A stretch of 64,000 nt of DNA from an uncultured Planctomycetota bacterium. GTDB taxonomy: Bacteria; Planctomycetota; Planctomycetia; Gemmatales; Gemmataceae. Numbering within the stretch: the first letter of the stretch is position 1; each line of letters opens with the position of its first letter. Shown in pieces: positions 61,600 to 64,000 of this stretch. The stretch is taken from assembly GCA_963849325.1 (NCBI GenBank), contig CAWKHF010000002.1, forward strand, positions 672,001-736,000. Reading direction: 5' to 3'. Below the pieces are notes generated by a model. That model saw nothing but the letters and a program-made list of their open reading frames with translations. It searched no databases and had not been told where the DNA came from. The position numbers and the translations under genes are program-made.

Positions 61600-62682
61600 T
61601 TATTTGTAGCCCCGGCTGCCCAGGTGCAGGCAAATCAGCCGTTGCAGTCCGAGGACGAATGGACCCAGGTCGAGGGATTTCACCCGCGGCCTCTTGGCGA
61701 GAATCGCTCGACGATGTTCTTGCCACTGGCGCAGGAAATGGGCCTCGTGTTGTCCCGCAACGATGACCGACCGGATCTCTTCCCGATCACCTTGCCGGAG
61801 TTGTCCCAGGCTAAGGCTCCCTTCCATCAGGGCGCGCGCATACACCCCGCTGGTGAAATCGCCCTCGCCGAGTTCGCGTTCCCACGTGGTCGTCAGGTTG
61901 CCGATCCGCCCCATGCACTGCCCATGCCAGGCCGCTTCCCGCAGGTGTCCGACCTCGGCGGGATCCAAATCGGGCGAACACGTGAGGTCCAGGGTGGCCG
62001 AGACCATCATGTGCATGTTGTGGGGCAAGTAAAGGTCGTGCTCCGTCACGTTGAGCAGCGCGGGATTGCTATTAAGCAGGTGCGAATAGCGCATCGTGTT
62101 GAACAGCTGCAAGTAATCGTAACGGAGCAACGAGGCATAGGCGCCGTAGCACGGAAAACGCCGCGCACGGGCGTGAATCTCGTGCCATAGCTCGAAAGTG
62201 AACTGCGCGTAGTCCTGTTCCTCTTGGGAGAATCGGCGCAGGTCGGGGGTGGGGTCTCCCAGAGGGAGGCGGAGATAGCATTCCAGCAGCTCTTCATCGC
62301 CTTTCTGGTCGGCCACGTCATCCACCAGCACGTCCAGCATGATGCCGAGGACTTTCGTATCGCACACCTCGTCGCGCCATTCCGGAGCGACGCTGGGGAG
62401 CATGGTGACTTCGACGCCCTGGCGGGCCCAACGCCATAAATAATGATTTCGCCGGCCGACCCGAGCGTAGCCATCGGCCCAGTGCTCTAGGGCCGGGCTG
62501 AGGCGCTTGGTCAGGACCGGCGCGATCTCGCGCTGGATGTCTTCGGGAGACGGGAAAAAGGTCTCCGGCACCGAGACTCGGCCTTCCCCGACCCACTCGG
62601 GAGGACCGAACCTGTCATCGACCGGAGCAGCCGGTCGCACGGCCGGATTGTGCTGCTCCTCGCGAGCCAGGGCAATGGACAT
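61600..62682 (-). CDS. Class I isoprenoid/terpene synthase-like protein
   Basis: Asp-rich DVLVDDVAD (DDxxD) and, about 140 aa later, RIGNLTTTWERE resembling the NSE/DTE Mg-binding motif; helical, 360 aa. Confidence 0.7.
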   Translation of the reverse strand: MSIALAREEQHNPAVRPAAPVDDRFGPPEWVGEGRVSVPETFFPSPEDIQREIAPVLTKRLSPALEHWADGYARVGRRNHYLWRWARQGVEVTMLPSVAPEWRDEVCDTKVLGIMLDVLVDDVADQKGDEELLECYLRLPLGDPTPDLRRFSQEEQDYAQFTFELWHEIHARARRFPCYGAYASLLRYDYLQLFNTMRYSHLLNSNPALLNVTEHDLYLPHNMHMMVSATLDLTCSPDLDPAEVGHLREAAWHGQCMGRIGNLTTTWERELGEGDFTSGVYARALMEGSLSLGQLRQGDREEIRSVIVAGQHEAHFLRQWQEHRRAILAKRPRVKSLDLGPFVLGLQRLICLHLGSRGYK

Positions 62683-62775
62683 GGTTGCTTCACCTTAAAA
62701 GGTAGTTTTTGTCTCTCTATAGAATGTCCCAGAGTACAGGCGAGACGCCTGCGCTCCGGGACACGACACCATCCG

Positions 62776-63309
62776 TCACACGGATATAGCGGTGAAATGT
62801 ACCTGCGTATCCGATGCGAATTGCGGGCCAAGGGCGAGGAGACTCGAGCTGGCGAACCCGCCCATCGGGTTTCCAATGCTGCCGGTGGACCCGGAAATCG
62901 CTCCGTTGCTGCCCACGAGGAGAGCACCACTGGGAGGGACGATCCCCTGGATGAACGAGAAATCCAAGGTGGTCACCGTCGCCAGCGGCTGCTGCCCGAG
63001 CGCTCCGGGGAAGAAGGTGAAGGTCGCCCGCCCCATCGTCCCGACCATCATTCCATCCAGGAGCAACGGCGTCAGCGCTTCCTGATACTGGCCGATGACC
63101 GGACCCAGGGGTTGTGTTCCTAAATAGATGTTCCCACCCAGGGACGACGGCTGACCTCGTTGGTCAAATGTTATCCCTGTGCCGACGATGTTGATGTCGA
63201 AGGGGACCGACAGGGGTTGCCCCGAAGGGAGATCGCGCGCCTCCAGGGCTTCGAGTCCCAGACGAACACTCCGCCGATTGTGGTCTTGACGCCGGGGACT
63301 GAGAGTCAT
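62776..63309 (-). CDS. Small secreted beta-rich protein with planctomycete export motif
   Basis: MTLSPRR..LGLEALEARDLPS followed by about 150 aa of hydrophobic beta strands. Confidence 0.7.
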   Translation of the reverse strand: MTLSPRRQDHNRRSVRLGLEALEARDLPSGQPLSVPFDINIVGTGITFDQRGQPSSLGGNIYLGTQPLGPVIGQYQEALTPLLLDGMMVGTMGRATFTFFPGALGQQPLATVTTLDFSFIQGIVPPSGALLVGSNGAISGSTGSIGNPMGGFASSSLLALGPQFASDTQVHFTAISV

Positions 63310-63533
63310 GATACACTCCAACAAGTTGGCGAGTTGCGTCGCATGAGCGCCCCGAGGGCAGTCACGGGAGAGAAAGCTCGCCGGTTTGGAAGCCGCTTCT
63401 TGGCTGGTTCGCAAGAAGTCTAGTTTGCAAGATCCGAAAAGGCAAATAGCGCCGTCTCCCGCGCGATGGCTGTCAAGGTTCTCTTCGTCGAAGCACGCGA
63501 GAAGAAGGTCGGGAAGGAATTCTTGTAGGGAAT

Positions 63534-63562
63534 TTGCTTTATTGACCGGGCAGACCTACATT
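63534..63562 (+). promoter_or_regulatory. Possible sigma70 promoter of ribB
   Basis: TTGCTT-17 nt-TACATT. Confidence 0.35.
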
Positions 63563-63643
63563 TCCTTGACTCCTATCCCTTTAGAGATGGCTCAGCTCCC
63601 TTATGGAGAGCGATCCGAACAACCCCATAGCGAGAACCTGCTC

Positions 63644-64000
63644 ATGATCCGTCGCTTTTCGTCCGTGGAAGAGGTGGTCCTGGCCTTAACGGCTGGCCGT
63701 GCCGCCATCGTGCTCGATTCGGAAGAACGCGAGAACGAAGGGGATTTCCTCGCCGCCGCGGAAAAAGTCACTCCCGAGCTGATTCATTTCATGCTTCGCC
63801 GGGGGTGCGGCCAGCTGTGTGTTCCCGTCGCCCGCGAGATCGCTTCGCGGCTGGAACTGGAACCGATCGGCACCAACATCAACTCGGCCGGCACGGCGTT
63901 CGCGGTGCCCCTGGACCATCGCGGCTGCCGGACGGGCATCAGCCCCGCCGAGCGCGTGCTTACCATTCAAGAGATGCTCAATCCCTTCAGCCGTGCGGCC
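63644..64000 (+). CDS. ribB: 3,4-dihydroxy-2-butanone-4-phosphate synthase (RibB or RibBA), truncated by the window end
   Basis: Not in the ORF track; manual translation MIRRFSSVEE..IVLDSEERENEGDFLAAAEKVTPELIHFM..GQLCVP..TAFAV..TGISPAER. Confidence 0.9.
   Translation, partial: MIRRFSSVEEVVLALTAGRAAIVLDSEERENEGDFLAAAEKVTPELIHFMLRRGCGQLCVPVAREIASRLELEPIGTNINSAGTAFAVPLDHRGCRTGISPAERVLTIQEMLNPFSRAA

Noticed and set aside
63420-63643. FMN riboswitch upstream of ribB
   Set aside because: The conserved RFN core sequence was not seen

Overview
High-GC bacterial window, very probably from a planctomycete (Gemmataceae-like): five genes carry the planctomycete LExLExRxLL N-terminal export motif, and there are typical WD40, sulfatase and Ser/Thr kinase genes. 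Many genes, including housekeeping ones (recJ, uracil-DNA glycosylase), are broken by single frameshifts. This most likely reflects sequencing or assembly indels, so they are annotated as single CDSs. Contents in order: kinase, UDG, C-N hydrolase, an AAA-ATPase/vWA pair interrupted by a DUF433/PIN toxin-antitoxin module, a MenAT1-like module, recJ, a Cys-rich protein convergent with a chlamydial OmcB-like protein, sulfatase, S8 protease, two tandem giant Gly-rich surface proteins, a sigma54 activator, an esterase, SBP56+SCO, moaC, a polyprenyl synthase, WD40 and PKD proteins, a beta-propeller+MoaD pair, and partial ribB. The best candidate for an undescribed system is the co-oriented minus-strand cluster at 51.7-63.3 kb. 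It encodes a small secreted protein, a class I terpene-synthase-like enzyme, a membrane double histidine kinase, a hybrid kinase with Hpt, a REC-HD-GYP phosphodiesterase, IspH and a FadL-type channel. The layout resembles an RpfF/RpfC/RpfG-like signalling circuit built on an isoprenoid signal; this function is inferred, not demonstrated.
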